DNA of 64,000 bases from Macrostomum lignano (lineage: Eukaryota), in the NCBI GenBank assembly GCA_002269645.1, contig NIVC01001150.1, positions 68,970 through 132,969 of the forward strand. The letters run 5' to 3'. Of this stretch, positions 63,544-64,000 are shown in pieces. Positions within the stretch are counted from its first letter, which is position 1. Each line of letters begins with the position of its first letter. The notes beneath the pieces are model-generated. The model was not told the origin of the DNA and ran no database searches. It worked only from the letters and a program-made list of their open reading frames with translations. The position numbers and the translations under genes are program-made.

Positions 63544-64000
63544 CTGCAGAGATTGATTGAGATGAGCTTGCTAGATTTTATGGACTTGGACTCATTCTTA
63601 TTTTTTATCATACTCATAAACATAAAAGAAACTGATTATAGAAGCTTGGTTTCTTTCTGAGAACTGAAAGGCCATTGGGCTAAAACTGTGGTGTTGAGGT
63701 ATGTCATTTTTTAAATAGTAAATAGTTAGGGAATTTCAATACACTTTAATTGTTATTCAGAAGTAAGCATTTAGACAAAATCAAACTCATACTATTTATA
63801 TCTTTTATCTGGTAATAATGTGCCCCAAAACCTAGTGTAATGCTAGCATCTATGGTTAGCAAGTGTCTAGCCTGTCTATTCATCTATAATTTGTCTTTTT
63901 TTAGTGAAAAGGAAAGGATCTTTAGTGAAAGTTCCAAGGATGGAGTGCTATTTATTATCTGCATTGATAAAATTTAAAATGTAATAACTTTGATTTGAAA

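Overview
Eukaryotic (metazoan) genomic DNA with GC-rich spliced genes, mostly GTGAG donors, and about half of the window (~31 kb by my boundary estimates) in ~33 different tandem-repeat arrays. This style suggests a free-living flatworm such as Macrostomum (inference only). Genes reconstructed by hand: an Arg-rich, short-tailed linker-histone H1-like gene; a 3-exon F-box/LRR gene; an intronless secreted protein with two pacifastin-like Cys repeats; a 3-exon Phox2 homeobox gene; an intronless WRPW-type Hes bHLH gene lacking the Orange domain; a 19-exon, ~20-kb mosaic serine protease (SRCR-CTL-Kringle-LDLa2-PAN-LDLa-SRCR-LDLa-SRCR-trypsin; Tequila/neurotrypsin-like); and the 3' part of a theta-class GST on the minus strand. 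Also present: a 785-bp TIR element, a tRNA-derived SINE and a decayed RTE-like LINE fragment. The most striking structure is that many minisatellites sit at exon-intron junctions and their units copy the splice signals themselves, for example 9 decoy acceptors before the Phox2 helix-3 exon and tandem donors in the protease gene. Most long ORFs in the ORF track are artefacts of stop-free repeat units. Single-base frameshifts in Phox2, the protease and GST fall mostly in homopolymer runs and look like assembly errors.
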